Source: Vicugna vicugna (taxonomy: Eukaryota). Taken from it: a DNA stretch of 64,000 bases. Shown piece after piece: positions 62,792 through 64,000 of this stretch (positions are counted from its first letter, which is position 1; each line of letters starts with the position of its first letter). The translations under genes were made by a program, and so were the position numbers. The stretch spans positions 7,501,260-7,565,259 of the forward strand of contig MU058844.1 in the NCBI GenBank assembly GCA_013265495.1. The letters are read 5' to 3'. A model generated the notes under the pieces. The model saw only the letters and a list, made by a program, of their open reading frames with translations. It ran no database searches and was not told the origin of the DNA.

Positions 62792-63183
62792 CGTTTTTAA
62801 TGGGCTGAATAACGTCCCCTGTAAATTTATATTGTCGAAGCCCTAACCCCCAGTGCCTCAGAATGTGAGCGTATGTGGAGATAAGGCCTTTAAAGAGGTA
62901 GTGAAGTTAAAAGGAGGCCTTAGGGTGGGCCCTGATCCAATCTGATGGCTGTTACTGTAAGAGGAGATTAGGTCACGGACACCAGGGTGAATGTGCACAG
63001 ATGAAAGGCCATGTCAGGGCACACTGAGAAGGTGGCCGCCTGTAAGCCAAGGACAGGTCTCAGGACGAACCAAACCAGCCAGCACCTTAGTCTTGGCCTT
63101 CTAGCCTCCAGAGCTGTGTGAGACTGAGGTTGTTTAAGTCACCTAGGCCAGTGTTTTGTTATGACAGACCTAGCAAACTCACA
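62792..63183 (+). mobile_element. MaLR MLT1A-like solo LTR inserted in the L1
   Basis: ATGGGCTGAAT..AAGCCCTAACCCCCAGTG..GGAGATAAGGCCTTTAAAGAGGT..GGGTGGGCCCTGATCCAATCTG..TCTAGCCTCCAGAGCTGTG..GTTGTTTAAG..CCTAGCAAACT. Confidence 0.9.
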
Positions 63184-64000
63184 TGTGTGTCTTACTCTTC
63201 ACGTGCATTGTATTTTTTGTCAAACTTACTATGACATGTGTACCACTTCCTACATGATACTCAGCAAAGTCTAGAGCAATCCTCTTTAACCACGTTAGCA
63301 TATCTATGGCAAACCATATGGATGTGCACACTAAGTGGGCTAAATACAAATTGTAATTTGCCTCATTTCCCTTTGTGTCAGATTTAGCTGCTCAATGAGT
63401 TTTGGAATCAAAGTAACAATTTTTTTTTAATTAAAAAAAATTTCAAAAAGGTTTGTCAGTTTGGAAATGTGTATAAGTCATTGTGGATCCGGTCTATAGT
63501 AACTTTAAAATAAATGTGCAATAATGTCTATTTCTAACTGCCGTTCTCCACTGTAGTCCCGTCAGTTGCCTTCTCAGATAATCTCGGAAATTTTACATTG
63601 CCATTTGAACCCCAGGGGTCTTAAAATGTTTTAGGCGCCTTGAATTAGAGCACAGTAAAGATAAATACGAAGCCTTTGTGAAAAGACTGAGGATCTACTG
63701 TGAACCTCACAGTATAGTACAGCCAATATATTTAAAAGGCCAATAAAGTAAGGCTGAAAGAATAAAATAACTTATGAAGTACCATGAAATATGCCCCTGG
63801 AAATTATACTCCTCTGAGTCCAACTTCAATTTCTAGTAAAACTATGGCATTAACATGGAATAGTATTGGGACTATTAAATAGGTTTAAAAATACCATGAG
63901 TAAAACTTGATAGTCTTTTACTAGAATTATAAAATGAAGCTGATAGAAAAATAACACTTTTATACTTTTTTAGAAAGTCACTGGATGCTGTTTCAGGGCA

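Noticed and set aside
1..64000. CRISPR arrays, operons, tRNA/rRNA genes, CpG-island promoter
   Set aside because: The sequence is mammalian. I saw no regularly spaced repeat-spacer array, tRNA cloverleaf, rRNA similarity or extended GC/CpG-rich region.

Overview
AT-rich, CpG-poor placental mammal genomic DNA. It is probably an artiodactyl and most likely a camelid. That call is an inference from the style of the young L1 3' ends, a Tigger1-derived non-autonomous element, and the apparent absence of Alu, B1/B2, Bov-tA/BovB, PRE1, CHR-2, SINEC and ERE SINEs. I found no recognisable protein-coding exon, CpG island or promoter, so the window looks intergenic or deep-intronic. The supplied ORFs are explained by repeats or chance. 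Much of the window is ancient interspersed repeat: L1M, L2, MIR, CR1, MaLR MLT1 LTRs, two ERVL LTR+gag remnants, and Tigger/MER47/MER5 DNA elements. The most informative objects are three L1-mediated retrocopies with target-site duplications (TSDs), all on the minus strand: a ~740-bp processed mRNA 3'UTR (13315-14054), a 34-nt tailless U2 snRNA copy (35327-35360), and a ~185-bp poly(A)-tailed, internally dimeric LTR-derived SINE-like element (38265-38451). There is also an inverted L1 ORF1 junction near 6335. Repeat family names come from my recollection of consensus sequences, not from a database search. Boundaries of old repeats are approximate. I see no convincing evidence of a new multi-gene system.
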